DNA of 64,000 nucleotides, taken from positions 1,984,001-2,048,000 of the forward strand of contig CAVQXP010000004.1 in the NCBI GenBank assembly GCA_963717935.1, read 5' to 3'. Shown one piece after another: positions 51,745 through 62,313 of the stretch. Both the position numbers and the translations under genes were made by a program. The notes beneath the pieces are model-generated. The model made no database searches and had not been told where the DNA came from. It saw only the letters and a program-made list of their open reading frames with translations. Source of the stretch: Candidatus Eiseniibacteriota bacterium (lineage in GTDB: Bacteria; Eisenbacteria; RBG-16-71-46). Positions within the stretch are counted from its first letter, which is position 1. Each line of letters opens with the position of its first letter.

Positions 51745-53061
51745 ATGATCGGAGCGTCGGGCGCTGGTTCGCCCTGGGTGCGGATTTGCGAGGCCGGGGC
51801 CCACGTGGGCTCGGTCGTGGAGGTGCGTGGGTGGCTGGTCCACCACCGCTCCAGCGGCAAGGTCCAGTTCCTGGTCCTGCGGGACGGCTCAGGGATCCTG
51901 CAGTGCGTGGCGGCGCGAAGCGATCTCCCGGCGGAGCAGTGGGATGCCCTCGGCGCGCTCACGCTGGAATCCGCGCTGGTCGTCCAGGGGAGTCTGCGGG
52001 CCGACGCGCGCGCCCCGGGCGGCGTCGAGATGGGCCTGCACTCGGTGAGCGTCGTGTCGGTGGCCGAGGCCTACCCGATCACGCCCAAGGAGCATGGCAC
52101 CGACTTCCTCATGGACCACCGGCACCTGTGGCTGCGCTCGTCTCGGCAGCAGGCCATCCTGCGACTCCGGGCGGAGCTCGTCAGCGCCCTGCGTGACTTC
52201 ATGGATGGAGAGGGATTCCTGCTGGTGGACTCGCCGATCTTCACGCCGAGCGCGTGCGAGGGCACGAGCACGCTCTTCGAAACCGAGTACTTCGACGAGA
52301 AGGCCTATCTGACGCAGAGTGGCCAACTGTATCAGGAGGCCGCGGCCCTGGCGTTCGGGCGCGCGTACTGCTTCGGGCCGGTGTTCCGGGCCGAGAAGAG
52401 CAAGACGCGCCGGCACCTGATCGAGTTCTGGATGATGGAGCCGGAGTGGGCCTTCGCGACGCTCGAGGACGTGATCGCCCTCGAGGAGCGCCTGCTCGTC
52501 TCGGTGGTGGGACGCATCCTCGAGCGAAGGACCGAGGAGTTGAAGATCCTCGAACGCGACACGTCGGCGCTGGAGCGGGTGCAGGCTCCTTTCGCCCGCA
52601 TGCACTACACCGAGGCCGTCGAGCGCCTGCACGCCGCTGGCAAGACCTTCGAGTGGGGCAGCGACTTCGGCGCGCCGGACGAGACGGCGCTCTCGGAGCA
52701 GTTCGCAACGCCGCTGTTCGTGACGAACTACCCCGCGGCAGTCAAGGCGTTCTACATGGAGCCGGATCCCGCGGATCCCGCGCTCAGCCTCTCGTGCGAC
52801 TGCCTTGCCCCCGAGGGCTACGGCGAGATCATCGGCGGCGGACAGCGCATGGCCTCGCTCGAGTTGCTGACGCGCCGGATCGAGGAACAGGGCCTGCCGC
52901 AGGAGGCCTTCGAGTGGTACAAGGACCTGCGCCGCTACGGCAGCGTGCCACATTCCGGCTTCGGGATCGGCGTCGAGCGCACGCTCGCGTGGATCGCCGG
53001 ACTGGACCACCTGCGCGAGACGATTCCCTTCCCGCGGATGCTCAACCGGCTGAAGCCGTAG
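51745..53061 (+). CDS. asnS: Asparagine--tRNA ligase
   Basis: [57 protein letters not shown]. Confidence 0.95.
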   Translation: MIGASGAGSPWVRICEAGAHVGSVVEVRGWLVHHRSSGKVQFLVLRDGSGILQCVAARSDLPAEQWDALGALTLESALVVQGSLRADARAPGGVEMGLHSVSVVSVAEAYPITPKEHGTDFLMDHRHLWLRSSRQQAILRLRAELVSALRDFMDGEGFLLVDSPIFTPSACEGTSTLFETEYFDEKAYLTQSGQLYQEAAALAFGRAYCFGPVFRAEKSKTRRHLIEFWMMEPEWAFATLEDVIALEERLLVSVVGRILERRTEELKILERDTSALERVQAPFARMHYTEAVERLHAAGKTFEWGSDFGAPDETALSEQFATPLFVTNYPAAVKAFYMEPDPADPALSLSCDCLAPEGYGEIIGGGQRMASLELLTRRIEEQGLPQEAFEWYKDLRRYGSVPHSGFGIGVERTLAWIAGLDHLRETIPFPRMLNRLKP

Positions 53062-53220
53062 CCCGCGCCAGCGGCCCCGTAGCCCGCGCACGACGCTCAC
53101 GCCCACGCGGCCCGCAGGCGGGGGCGTGCCGACTCGACGGGGAACTCTGCCGCGGGAATCGTCAGGCGCGAAGGGCAGTCCTTCGTCGTGCCTCACGGGG
53201 GCAGGGGGGCCGGCAGAAGT

Positions 53221-53353
53221 CACCCGGAGAGGGAAAGGGGAGTCCGCATTCACCCCAGCGAGAGGCGTGACGTGTCCGCGTCGCTGCACATGTTGCTGAC
53301 TTCGCCTGGAAGCGGGACGCGAAACAGTCGGGGACTCCCCACTTCATCCGGTG
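53221..53353 (+). ncRNA. Candidate structured RNA (long rod-like hairpin), unclassified
   Basis: Nested pairings 53237-53245/53332-53340, 53263-53267/53303-53307, 53268-53275/53288-53295 (with G-U). Confidence 0.3.
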
Positions 53354-53451
53354 CCTGGGCCGCGCTTGACGCTGGCGCGACCGGTGCCGGGAGTCTAGCG
53401 AATCGGCGCGACTCCGGGCAAGAACAAAGGTGCGGCGCGGAGGGGGAGGCC

Positions 53452-53480
53452 TTGACACCCCCGCCCCGCCCTCCTAGTCT
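53452..53480 (+). promoter_or_regulatory. Putative sigma-70 promoter; a second candidate TTGACA-N18-TAAACT lies at 53546-53575
   Basis: TTGACA-N17-TAGTCT. Confidence 0.55.
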
Positions 53481-53529
53481 GGCCAACTGGAGTTTCTCGA
53501 GGTGGCAGCCAGGCGGCCGGAAGTAGAGG

Positions 53530-54519
53530 GTGTGGCAGGCTTTGATTGACAAGGTGCGACTCCGCTTCCTAAACTCTGGGGGCTTCGGCGTCCGGGTTTG
53601 CCGTGGCCCGAAGGGGTCACGGTGGGCGGTTGCTTTCCTGCTGGTGCTGGCAGCGTCGGCAGGTTGCGCCTCCCAGCGACGCCCTGGCGTCGTGGAAGAC
53701 TCCCTGACGAGCGGGCGTATTGTGATCGTGTGTGCTCCAGAGGCCCGCGACCTCATCCTCCGGGAACGGGATGCCTTCCAGGCGCTCTATCCCCAGGCGA
53801 GCATCGAGGTTCGGACGGGCACCTCCCGGGACGCGGTGAGCGCGCTGTTCGCTGCGCGTTGCGGAGCTGGGGTGATCACCCGGGAGCTGGCCCCCGAGGA
53901 GCGGGAGGCGGCGGTCCGGGGTGGGCTGGAGTTGGAGGGTTACCGTTTTGCCCGGGACGCGCTGGTGGCGGTCGTGCATCCGTCGAACCCCGTGCAGAAC
54001 ATTTCGTTGCCGAAGTTGCGGGCTGTCTACGCCGGAGACGTGCGGGAGTGGTCGCAGTTGGCGGGCGTGCGACAGGGCATCCGCCCGGTCGTACAATCGA
54101 TGGAGTCCGATGTGACGGCATTCTTCATCGAAGAGGTCATGCAGGGAGAGCCGATTCGGGCGCGGGTCTTCACGGAGGACTCGGACTCCGCCGTGGTCGC
54201 ACACGTCTTGCGGGATCCGCAGGCGGTGGGCTACGTGACCCTGGCGTGGGCGGAGCGCGGGGCGCGAGCCCTGCAGGTCTCGCCGCTGACCGGGTTGGCC
54301 TACACGCGGCCGGACGCCGAGACCGTCTACGCGGGGAAGTACCCCCTCAACCGTCTCTTCAACTACTACGTGAGGGCGGGGGGCCCCCTGCTCGCTAACG
54401 GATTCGTCACGTTCATCACCAGTACGAGCGGGCAGAGGATCGTCCACGAGTCCGGCTTCGTGCCGACCTCGGTGCCGGTGCGCTTCGTACGCCGCTCCCC
54501 GATGCTCAAGAGCCATTGA
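53530..54519 (+). CDS. PstS-like (PBP2 fold) substrate-binding lipoprotein
   Basis: Lipobox SAG-C, ARDALVAVVHPSNP, AVGYV, GKYPLNR, FITSTSGQRIV; start uncertain. Confidence 0.8.
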   Translation: MWQALIDKVRLRFLNSGGFGVRVCRGPKGSRWAVAFLLVLAASAGCASQRRPGVVEDSLTSGRIVIVCAPEARDLILRERDAFQALYPQASIEVRTGTSRDAVSALFAARCGAGVITRELAPEEREAAVRGGLELEGYRFARDALVAVVHPSNPVQNISLPKLRAVYAGDVREWSQLAGVRQGIRPVVQSMESDVTAFFIEEVMQGEPIRARVFTEDSDSAVVAHVLRDPQAVGYVTLAWAERGARALQVSPLTGLAYTRPDAETVYAGKYPLNRLFNYYVRAGGPLLANGFVTFITSTSGQRIVHESGFVPTSVPVRFVRRSPMLKSH

Positions 54520-54541
54520 CAGGAGAACGGACCCGAACGCC

Positions 54542-56395
54542 ATGAGAATCTCGAGCGCTTTTCGAACGGACCTCTGGCTACTGGCTGCGCTGGTTGGCTT
54601 GACGCTCACGATGCTGCCTGGAACGTCCAGGGCGGACGCGCTCCGGGACGGACGAAGCGCGCTGCAGGCGGGCCGGCTGGACGACGCGCTCCGCTTCTTC
54701 GAGCAGGCGGCCATGCAGGGCGTCGCCGAAGGACGTGCGGGAGTCGGCCTCGTCCGGCTCAAGCGGCACCAGCTGGCCAGCGCCAACGAGGCGTTCCAGC
54801 TCGCCGAGCGGATGGACAACCAGCTGGCCATGGCCCACTACGGGCAGGCCGAGGTGTTGCGGCAGCAGGAGAAGTGCGAGGAGGCGGTGCCCAAGTTCGA
54901 GCGCGCGGTGGAGCTGGACCGCCGCTACCCGGAGGCGCAACTCGGCCTGAGCGCGTGTCTCACGCAGCTCGGCCGGTACGCCGAGGCGGTCGCTGCGGCG
55001 TACCGCGGGCTCAACTGGGGTTCGAAATGGCGGCCCCGGTTCCTGATCGCGCTCGGCAACACCGCGGCAGCCCGCGACTCTCTGCGGGACGCCGGCATCT
55101 GGTACACGACCGCCGCGCAGGAATCGCCCGATGACCCGGCCACCCACCGCGCGCTCGGCGACTTCTACGTCAAGCGCGGCACGTTCGACCTGGCGTATCC
55201 GGAATACCAGTCGGCCGTGGCGCGCGACTCGGGCGACGTCGAGCTGCACTTCGCGCTGGGCCAGGCGCTCTACTACGGGCAGCGCTACGTGTCGGCGCTC
55301 GAGGAGTTCCAGTGGGTGGTCGCCCGCGACCCCGAGTTCCCGGCGGCCCAGTTCGCCCTGGGCAACCTGCTCTACCTCTCGGGCAAGGCCGAGACCTGGC
55401 GCTACGCCTCGGCCCGCGCCCCGCTCGAGAAGTACGTGCAACTCAGGCCCGAAGACCCCAAGGGGTGGAGCGTGCTCGGGCGCACGTACTACTATGTTGG
55501 GCTCTCCGACACGGACTCCACGCTCAAGGACAAGGCGCTCGAGGCCCTGGACAGGGCGGAGCGGCTCGGCGACAAGTCGAAGGAGATGTACACGATCCGT
55601 GCGCGACTCCACATCGACCGACGGGAGTTCGACCTGGCGACGCAGGACTACGACCGGGCGGGGAACGACCTGTCGCCGGAAGACGTCTACCGGCAGGCCC
55701 GCCTGCTGACCATCCAGAAGAACCCCGCTCGGGCGGAGTCGCTCTACCTGGCCATCGTCGACCGTGACTCGACCTCACGGATGGCCGGGGTGGCCCTGAA
55801 CGAGATCGGGAAGATGCGTTTCGGGCAGGCGGCGGACGCCGCGAAGGTGGACAAGCAGGCCGCGGCGCCGTTCTACCGGCAGACCATCGGCATCTTCGAG
55901 CGTCGGATCTCGCTTGACCCGGACAACGACGAGGCCTACTACTACGTCGGTTTGTCCCACCGGGAGCTGGGGCAGTACCCGGAAGCGATCGCCGCGATGC
56001 GCGAGTCCGCGAGTCTCGCCGATGGCAGGGCGGACCGCCACTTCTGGCTCGGACTCCTGTACGTCCAGGCGGATTCTGCCGGCCAGGCGGAGCAGGAGTT
56101 CCAGCGCGTGGTCGATCTCGACACCGGAAATTCGAACAACAAGGCCATCGCACTGCGGCAGCTCGGGTACTACCGCCTGCTGCGGAAGGAGTACGGGGCG
56201 GCGATCGATCTTCTGGAAGAGTCCGCCAGCATCAATCCCAGGGACGCCGGGACACTCCTGTGGCTGGCGCAGGGCTACCAGAACTCGGGCAATCGCGGGC
56301 GAGCCGCGGAGAACTACCGGCGGGTGCTGACGCTGGACCCGGGCAATGCCGACGCACGAAACGGCCTGAAGATCCTCGAGGGCGGAGCCAGGTAG
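54542..56395 (+). CDS. Exported multi-TPR protein
   Basis: Signal peptide followed by many TPR-like repeats. Confidence 0.85.
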   Translation: MRISSAFRTDLWLLAALVGLTLTMLPGTSRADALRDGRSALQAGRLDDALRFFEQAAMQGVAEGRAGVGLVRLKRHQLASANEAFQLAERMDNQLAMAHYGQAEVLRQQEKCEEAVPKFERAVELDRRYPEAQLGLSACLTQLGRYAEAVAAAYRGLNWGSKWRPRFLIALGNTAAARDSLRDAGIWYTTAAQESPDDPATHRALGDFYVKRGTFDLAYPEYQSAVARDSGDVELHFALGQALYYGQRYVSALEEFQWVVARDPEFPAAQFALGNLLYLSGKAETWRYASARAPLEKYVQLRPEDPKGWSVLGRTYYYVGLSDTDSTLKDKALEALDRAERLGDKSKEMYTIRARLHIDRREFDLATQDYDRAGNDLSPEDVYRQARLLTIQKNPARAESLYLAIVDRDSTSRMAGVALNEIGKMRFGQAADAAKVDKQAAAPFYRQTIGIFERRISLDPDNDEAYYYVGLSHRELGQYPEAIAAMRESASLADGRADRHFWLGLLYVQADSAGQAEQEFQRVVDLDTGNSNNKAIALRQLGYYRLLRKEYGAAIDLLEESASINPRDAGTLLWLAQGYQNSGNRGRAAENYRRVLTLDPGNADARNGLKILEGGAR

Positions 56396-56406
56396 GGAGG
56401 AGTCCC

Positions 56407-56748
56407 ATGAAGCAACGCCAGGTGGGCAGCATCTACATCGTCACGCCGAAAGGGTACCTCACCGGCGGCACCGAGACGGACGAACTGGAGCAGGCCATCA
56501 AGCAGCTCGGCGAGATCGATTGCAAGCATCTCGTCATCAATCTGGCCGAGGCCCAGCACCTCAATTCGACCGCGCTCGGCGTGCTCATCTCGGCGCATTC
56601 CAACTTCGTCCGCCGTGGCGGGCAGATGAAGCTCTGCTCGGTGGACAAGCGCATCGAGAATATCTTCGTCATCACGAAGCTGTCGCTCGTGTTCGACGTC
56701 TACGCGAGCGAGGAGCAGGCGATCGCCAGCTTCGCCGAGAAGGAATGA
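56407..56748 (+). CDS. STAS-domain anti-sigma-factor antagonist
   Basis: LVINL, LNSTALGVLI, IFVITKL; GGAGG RBS. Confidence 0.9.
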   Translation: MKQRQVGSIYIVTPKGYLTGGTETDELEQAIKQLGEIDCKHLVINLAEAQHLNSTALGVLISAHSNFVRRGGQMKLCSVDKRIENIFVITKLSLVFDVYASEEQAIASFAEKE

Positions 56749-56803
56749 GCCTGGCCGGGGAGCCCGCCCTGCCGATGGCAGGGGGCCGCAGGATCGGGAA
56801 GGA

Positions 56804-57151
56804 GTGAACGTGTCCGTACACCGCAGGCAGGTCCGGAGCATCGTCGTGGTGTCCATGAAGGGCAGCTTCTTCGGGGACCGCGAGACGGACGATCTGCAGA
56901 AGGCCATCCTGGACGAGGCCGCCAGCGGGAACATCCGGCTCGTGCTCAACATGAGCGAGTGTCAGTCGCTGAACTCGACCGCGCTCGGGGTGCTGATCCG
57001 CGGGCACGCGAACTACCGGGGCCGCGGCGGCGAGGTCAAGCTCTGTGGCCTGGGCAAGCGAATCAAGGATCTTTTCACCATGACGAAGCTCATCATGGTG
57101 TTCGACCACCACGAGACCGAGAACGAGGCGATCGCGGCGTTCGCGGAGTAG
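56804..57151 (+). CDS. STAS-domain anti-sigma-factor antagonist (paralog)
   Basis: LVLNM, LNSTALGVLI, LFTMTKL. Confidence 0.9.
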   Translation: MNVSVHRRQVRSIVVVSMKGSFFGDRETDDLQKAILDEAASGNIRLVLNMSECQSLNSTALGVLIRGHANYRGRGGEVKLCGLGKRIKDLFTMTKLIMVFDHHETENEAIAAFAE

Positions 57152-57329
57152 GGTGGAGTTCCGGCCCGCTGACCGGGCGGGTACGTCAGTCGTCATCACG
57201 GGAAGCGGGGTGTCTCGAAGGAGGCCCGCCGCCTCCGGTTCGACGGGAAAGGCCTGTTCGAACGCAAAGGACCAGCCTGCTGAGGCGTCTTAGCGACCTC
57301 CGCGGGGGTTGGAGGAAGGAAGTCCAAGC

Positions 57330-58070
57330 ATGAGCCGTTTCATCGTCCCTCTCGGATTCACCCTGGCCCTGGCAGTCTCCGTTGCAATCTGGTGGAACCT
57401 CCCGGCCATCGGCCCGATCGGCGAGCAGATGAAGCAGGGCGGACCGCTCGTCTCGCTGCTGATCATGCTCCTCATCCTGGAGACCGCCTTCGTCATCGAG
57501 CGGATCTGGAGCCTGAAGAAGGCCCAGGGCACGGGCAGCATGCCCGAGTTCCTGAACAACGTCCGCAAGAAGCTGCACGAGGGTGACGTGGACGGCGCGA
57601 TCCAGCTGTGTGGGCAGCAGCGCGGCTCGGCGGCCAACGTCATCCGCGCAGGCCTCGAGCGCTACCAGCGCGTCCGGACCGAAGGCGCGACGCGGGAGAA
57701 GATCGTCGCCGACACGCAGGCTGCGATCCAGGAGGCCAACGGCCTCGAAGTGCCGCTCCTCGAGCGCAACCTGATCGCCCTCTCGACGATCGCGTCGATC
57801 GGGACCATGGTGGGGCTGCTCGGGACCACGGTCGGGATGATCCGGTCGTTCGCGGCGCTCGGTCACAGCGGCGCTGTCGACGCGCAGAAGCTGGCGATCG
57901 GCATCTCGGAGGCGCTCATCAACACGGCGGGCGGCCTCTTCATCGCCATCGTGGGCATCGTCATGTACAACGTCTTCGTGACGCGCGTGGACAACTTCAA
58001 CTACATGATGGACGAGGCCTCGTACGAGGCTGTCCAGCTGCTCGCCTCAGCGACGCACGAGCGGAAGTAG
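57330..58070 (+). CDS. exbB: MotA/TolQ/ExbB proton-channel protein
   Basis: GLLGTTVGMIRSF, GISEALINTAGGL. Confidence 0.9.
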   Translation: MSRFIVPLGFTLALAVSVAIWWNLPAIGPIGEQMKQGGPLVSLLIMLLILETAFVIERIWSLKKAQGTGSMPEFLNNVRKKLHEGDVDGAIQLCGQQRGSAANVIRAGLERYQRVRTEGATREKIVADTQAAIQEANGLEVPLLERNLIALSTIASIGTMVGLLGTTVGMIRSFAALGHSGAVDAQKLAIGISEALINTAGGLFIAIVGIVMYNVFVTRVDNFNYMMDEASYEAVQLLASATHERK

Positions 58071-58082
58071 GGGAGCGCCGGG

Positions 58083-58574
58083 ATGCTCAAGAAGAAGCAT
58101 CGTATCGGCATCAGCATCGACATGACGCCGATGGTGGACATCGCGTTCCTCCTGCTCATCTTCTTCATGACGACGACGCAGTTCAAGCCGCCGGACCAGG
58201 ACAAGATCACCCTGCCGGAGTCGAACTCGGAGCTGAAGGTGCCGGAGACCGGGGTCATCACGATCGTCGTCACCGCGCCCAAGCCGCCGATTGACCCCGT
58301 CTCGCACGTCAAGCTCGTCTACCGGAAGGGCGGCGAGAAGGTCGAGCAGCCGGTGAACATCGACAACCTGACCGAGGACCTCACAAACTGGCTCAAGGAC
58401 GCACGTCGTGCCCAGCCCACGGCACGCATGATCATCAAGATGGACAAGGACGCGCAGTTCGGCGCCATGGCCGACATGATGGATGCCCTGCAGGCCGCCA
58501 ACGCTCCGCGCTTCAACGTCATGACGGAGCTGGGCATGAAGGGCGGCCTGATGGGCAAGAAGGAAGCCAAATGA
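58083..58574 (+). CDS. exbD: ExbD/TolR family protein
   Basis: IDMTPMVDIAFLLLIFFM. Confidence 0.9.
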   Translation: MLKKKHRIGISIDMTPMVDIAFLLLIFFMTTTQFKPPDQDKITLPESNSELKVPETGVITIVVTAPKPPIDPVSHVKLVYRKGGEKVEQPVNIDNLTEDLTNWLKDARRAQPTARMIIKMDKDAQFGAMADMMDALQAANAPRFNVMTELGMKGGLMGKKEAK

Positions 58575-58602
58575 TCGCGAACCCCCGAGGAGGTGAGACT
58601 CC

Positions 58603-59085
58603 ATGGGCGCTGTAGACGCCCCACAGCCGCGCGGCGGCAAGAAGAAGGGCAAGCGCGCCAAGCGCCGTGTCGGCATCCGCATCGACATGACGCCCATGGT
58701 GGACATCGCCTTCCTGCTGCTGATTTTCTTCATGGTGACCACGGTCTTCCGCACGCCCCAGGCGCTCGAGATCAACCTGCCTCCGGACAACAAGTCGACC
58801 GTGTCCGTCGCGCAGTCGAAGGTGCTCGAGGTCCGGGTCCTGCCGGACCGGGCCTTCTGGCGCAATTCGACCGACCCCTGGACTCGCTCGCCGGTCGTGG
58901 ATCTGACGACGGTCTTCGAGAAGTACAGCGCTGACGCCGCGAAGATCGTGCTCGTCAAGGTGGACCGGGAGGCGAAGTTCAACGACATGGTCCGGATCAT
59001 CGACGAGCTCGACCTCGCCAAGCTCACGCGCTTCTCGCTGCAGACCCTGAAGGCGGACGAGAGGAAGGAGGTCGAGACGCTATGA
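58603..59085 (+). CDS. exbD: ExbD/TolR family protein (second copy)
   Basis: IDMTPMVDIAFLLLIFFM; GGAGGTG RBS. Confidence 0.9.
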   Translation: MGAVDAPQPRGGKKKGKRAKRRVGIRIDMTPMVDIAFLLLIFFMVTTVFRTPQALEINLPPDNKSTVSVAQSKVLEVRVLPDRAFWRNSTDPWTRSPVVDLTTVFEKYSADAAKIVLVKVDREAKFNDMVRIIDELDLAKLTRFSLQTLKADERKEVETL

Positions 59086-59813
59086 CGACCCCCGACGTTC
59101 GCGTCTCGCTCTTCGAGTTCATGCCCTACGGGGCGCCCGAGCTCAAGGAAGTCGCGAAGAAGTACATGGTCCGGGCGATCCTCGTGGCGTGCGGGGCATG
59201 GGTCACGCTGTACGCGCTGGGCATCGGCGGGCGCGTGCTGGTCGCGCGCCAGCCGAAGGAGACGAGCGTGATCGTGGTGCCGTACCGCGAGGTCACCGCG
59301 CCGCCGCCGCTCTCGAACGACACGCCCCCGCCTCAGGTGGCGGTGGCTACGGCCGTTGCCGCGCCCGCCGCGGCGATACCGGTGCCTGTGCCGGACGCCG
59401 AGGCTCCGATGGAGCAGACCATCAAGTCCCAGGAGGAGATCGCGGCGGCGACCCCCAGCATGACGACTCAGGACGAGAAGGGGGCGTCGATCATCGTCGC
59501 TCCGCAGTCCGAGGACGAGCTGCCGAAGTACGGCGAGTACGTCTACGTCGAGGAGTTGCCGGAGGCCATCACGAAGGTGACGCCTCAGTATCCGGACATC
59601 GCCCGCGAGGCGAGCGTGGACGGCACCGTGATGATCCAGGCGCTGGTGGGCAGGGACGGGCAGGTCAAGGACACTCGCATCGTCAAGTCCATCCCGATGC
59701 TCGATGCCGCGGCCGTCGCTGCGGTCCGGCAGTGGGTCTTCAAGCCGGCGCTCTCGAACAACAAGCCGGTCGCGGTGTGGGTCGCCGTGCCGATGAAGTT
59801 CACGCTGCACTAG
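59082..59813 (+). CDS. tonB: Energy transducer TonB
   Basis: TM helix, Pro-rich linker, YPDIAREASVDGTV, WVFKPA. Confidence 0.9.
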   Translation: MTTPDVRVSLFEFMPYGAPELKEVAKKYMVRAILVACGAWVTLYALGIGGRVLVARQPKETSVIVVPYREVTAPPPLSNDTPPPQVAVATAVAAPAAAIPVPVPDAEAPMEQTIKSQEEIAAATPSMTTQDEKGASIIVAPQSEDELPKYGEYVYVEELPEAITKVTPQYPDIAREASVDGTVMIQALVGRDGQVKDTRIVKSIPMLDAAAVAAVRQWVFKPALSNNKPVAVWVAVPMKFTLH

Positions 59814-59856
59814 GGTTTTCGAAGACGAGGGGCTGCGGTCGGCCCCCAGGACGCGG

Positions 59857-59890
59857 ACGGGGGGCCGATTCCCGGCCCCCCGTTTCCTTT
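59857..59890 (+). terminator. Rho-independent terminator after tonB
   Basis: 11-bp perfect stem ACGGGGGGCCG/CGGCCCCCCGT, 5-nt loop, followed by TTCCTTT. Confidence 0.75.
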
Positions 59891-60048
59891 GCCCCGGCAG
59901 CCGGAGGAGGGCGTCCTTCCGCCCTTCTTGACGCACCCGGAGCGGTTTTGCCCGCGCCCGTGGGCGCCCGTTTGCCTTGCGGGGAAGGACTCCATACTCT
60001 TCCGTGCGTCCGCAAGCCCGTCCGTGTCACCCCCTCCGGGAGGCAAGC

Positions 60049-60817
60049 ATGGAGACGACGACGCAGCCCCTGACGGCCCCCGCTGTGCCCGAGCCTGAGC
60101 CCCGGTTGTCGGCCTGGGGCCGTTCCGTGGCGGTCTTCGCCCGGCCCGCGCAGGCATGGGCCGGACTCGAGCGCAGGGGGCAGTGGTGGTTTCCGCTGGT
60201 CCTCTGCACGCTGGTCTCCGTGCTGGGCACGGGGCTGACGTACCAGCGGGCCATCGTGCCCACCATGCTCGCCCAGTTCGACCGCCAGGTGGAGGCGGGG
60301 CAGATCCCCCCGACCGCGCTCGACCGGATCGAGCGGCAGGTGTCCGGCCCGGCAGCCCTGGCGATGAACCTCGCCTCGGTCGTCGTCGTCCTGCCCCTCA
60401 TGAGCATGGCGTTCGCCGTGCTGCCGTGGCTGGCCGCGGGTTTCATGCTCGGCCACCGCTTCCGGTATCGGGACGCCTTCGTCGTCACGGCCTGGGCGGG
60501 ACTGGTGACCATCCCGGCGCAGATCCTGACGTCCGCGCTGGCCTGGACCAACGAGACCATGACCAACCTCCACGTCGGCTTCGGCGTGCTCCTGCCGATC
60601 GAGGAACCGCCGTCCAAGCTGATGGTGGGACTGGGCACCTTCCTCGACCAGGGCATCGGACCGTTCGCCCTCTGGTACCTGGTGGTGCTGGCTCTCGGGG
60701 CCGCAGCGCTCTCCGGAGGGAAGCCGCCGGTCCGTGATTCTCGCGCTGGGTGGCATCTGGCTGGTCGTCTTCGCGATCATCTCCGTCCTGGCCGCCGTTT
60801 TCGCCCCGGGAGCCTGA
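60049..60817 (+). CDS. Yip1-domain membrane protein (frameshift near 60730)
   Basis: VFARPAQAW...WWFPL, several TM helices, GPFALW; GGAGG RBS. Confidence 0.75.
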
Positions 60818-60911
60818 CCCCCGCGGGCGCTTTCTGCAACTCATTCGTCGCCATCCCGTATAGGAGAACAGGTGCGCCCGCGTGCACGGGCGCCATCCAA
60901 GGAGGATGCGC

Positions 60912-62287
60912 ATGAGAAGTACGGGCCGGAGCATCGCCAGCCTTGCCCTGGCGGGAATCGTCTGCTTCTCGACGGGGGCCGGCGGCACAGCCGCTGCTGA
61001 CCGCCGACCGGGCGGCGCAGCTGGCGCTGGAGCACAACAGCCAGATCATCAACGCGAACGCCGGGGTCCTGGACGCCAGGAGCGGCCTCTACGGGGCGTA
61101 TTCGTCGCTCTTGCCGCCACCTCTCGGCCGACCTGACCCGCTCCGGCTCGATGACCACGAATCAGCGCGGCGTGCAGGTGTACGGCGGCCGAGTGGCCGT
61201 CCCCTCCACGACGGACGAGTACGTCGTCTACTCCACGGCACCCCCGATCGAGCGGGACCTGGTCGGTGCTGAACCTCTCGTCGCTGTCGAGTCTCTCGTC
61301 CGCCCGTTCGGGTCTGCAAGGGCGCCCAGTGGCGCCGGCTCGCGACCCGCGGGGACGTGGCGCTCGAGGCGCGGCGGCAGTTCTACGAGGTCGTCAAGGC
61401 GGCCAAGATGATGGGGGTGACCGAGAACGCGCTCCAGCTCGCGCGTGACAGACGAGCGCCGCGTACACGCGCTCTTCGAGGTGGGTTCCGTCTCGCGGAG
61501 CGACGTGCTGAAGGCGCGGTGCGGACGGCCCAGAGCCAGCTCGACTCGATCGCCGCCCGGCAGTCGGTGCTGGTCCAACGCGACCTGCTGGCCTCGTTCA
61601 TCGGCCTCGAGGAGGCGCGGTTGGGCGAGGTGGACACCGTCCTGACGGTCACGCCGCGCGAATACGACGAGTCGTCGGTGCTGCGAGAGGCCGAGGCGAA
61701 CCGGCCCGACCTGAAGGCGGCGGAGGCGGACGTGAAGGCGGCGCGTGCCGGGCTGACGGCCGCGCGGCTGAGCTGGCTGCCCTACGTGTCCGTTTCCGGC
61801 AGCGCCACGTACGACCCGGTCTCCACTTCCACCAGCACCGTCCCGGACTCGAACGGCACGCTCACCACGATCAGCGGCCGGAACGAGGCCGACCGGCAGG
61901 TCAGCGGACGGGTGGCGCTCAGCTGGGACTTCTTCGACGGGCTCGCGACGAGTTCGCGGAACGCCAGCGCCCGTGCCCGGCTGGCGCGGGCCCAGGCCGC
62001 CTACGACGTGCTGCGCCGCAACCTGGCCGGGCGAGGTGCACGAGGCGCTCCTGACGTACCAGCAGGCCCTCGGCGGCCGAGGCGGTCGCGCGCAGCGGCG
62101 TCGAATCCGCCGGCGGAGAGCATGAAGCTCACGCAGCAGAAGTACAACGTCGGGTCCGCGACCATCCTCGACCTCATCGACGCGCAGGTGCAGTTGCAGC
62201 GTGCCCAGAGCCAGTTCGTCTCGGCGCTCGCGGGGATCCGCGTCGCCGAAGCCCGGATCGACACAGGTGCGCGGCAGCGGCGTCTGA
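60912..62287 (+). CDS. TolC-family outer membrane efflux protein (many frameshifts)
   Basis: ALEHNS, RRQFYEV, NRPDLKAA, WDFFDG, KYNVGSATILDLIDAQ. Confidence 0.85.
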
Positions 62288-62313
62288 CCGCGCGGGAAGA
62301 AGGAGTCCCTCAG

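Noticed and set aside
57195..57280. Cobalamin or c-di-GMP riboswitch before exbB (GGGAA..GGTG, ACGCAAA, GACCAGCC fragments)
   Set aside because: Core consensus elements (AATCC, GCCACTG, B12 box; GGCAAAC/GAAA) are missing.
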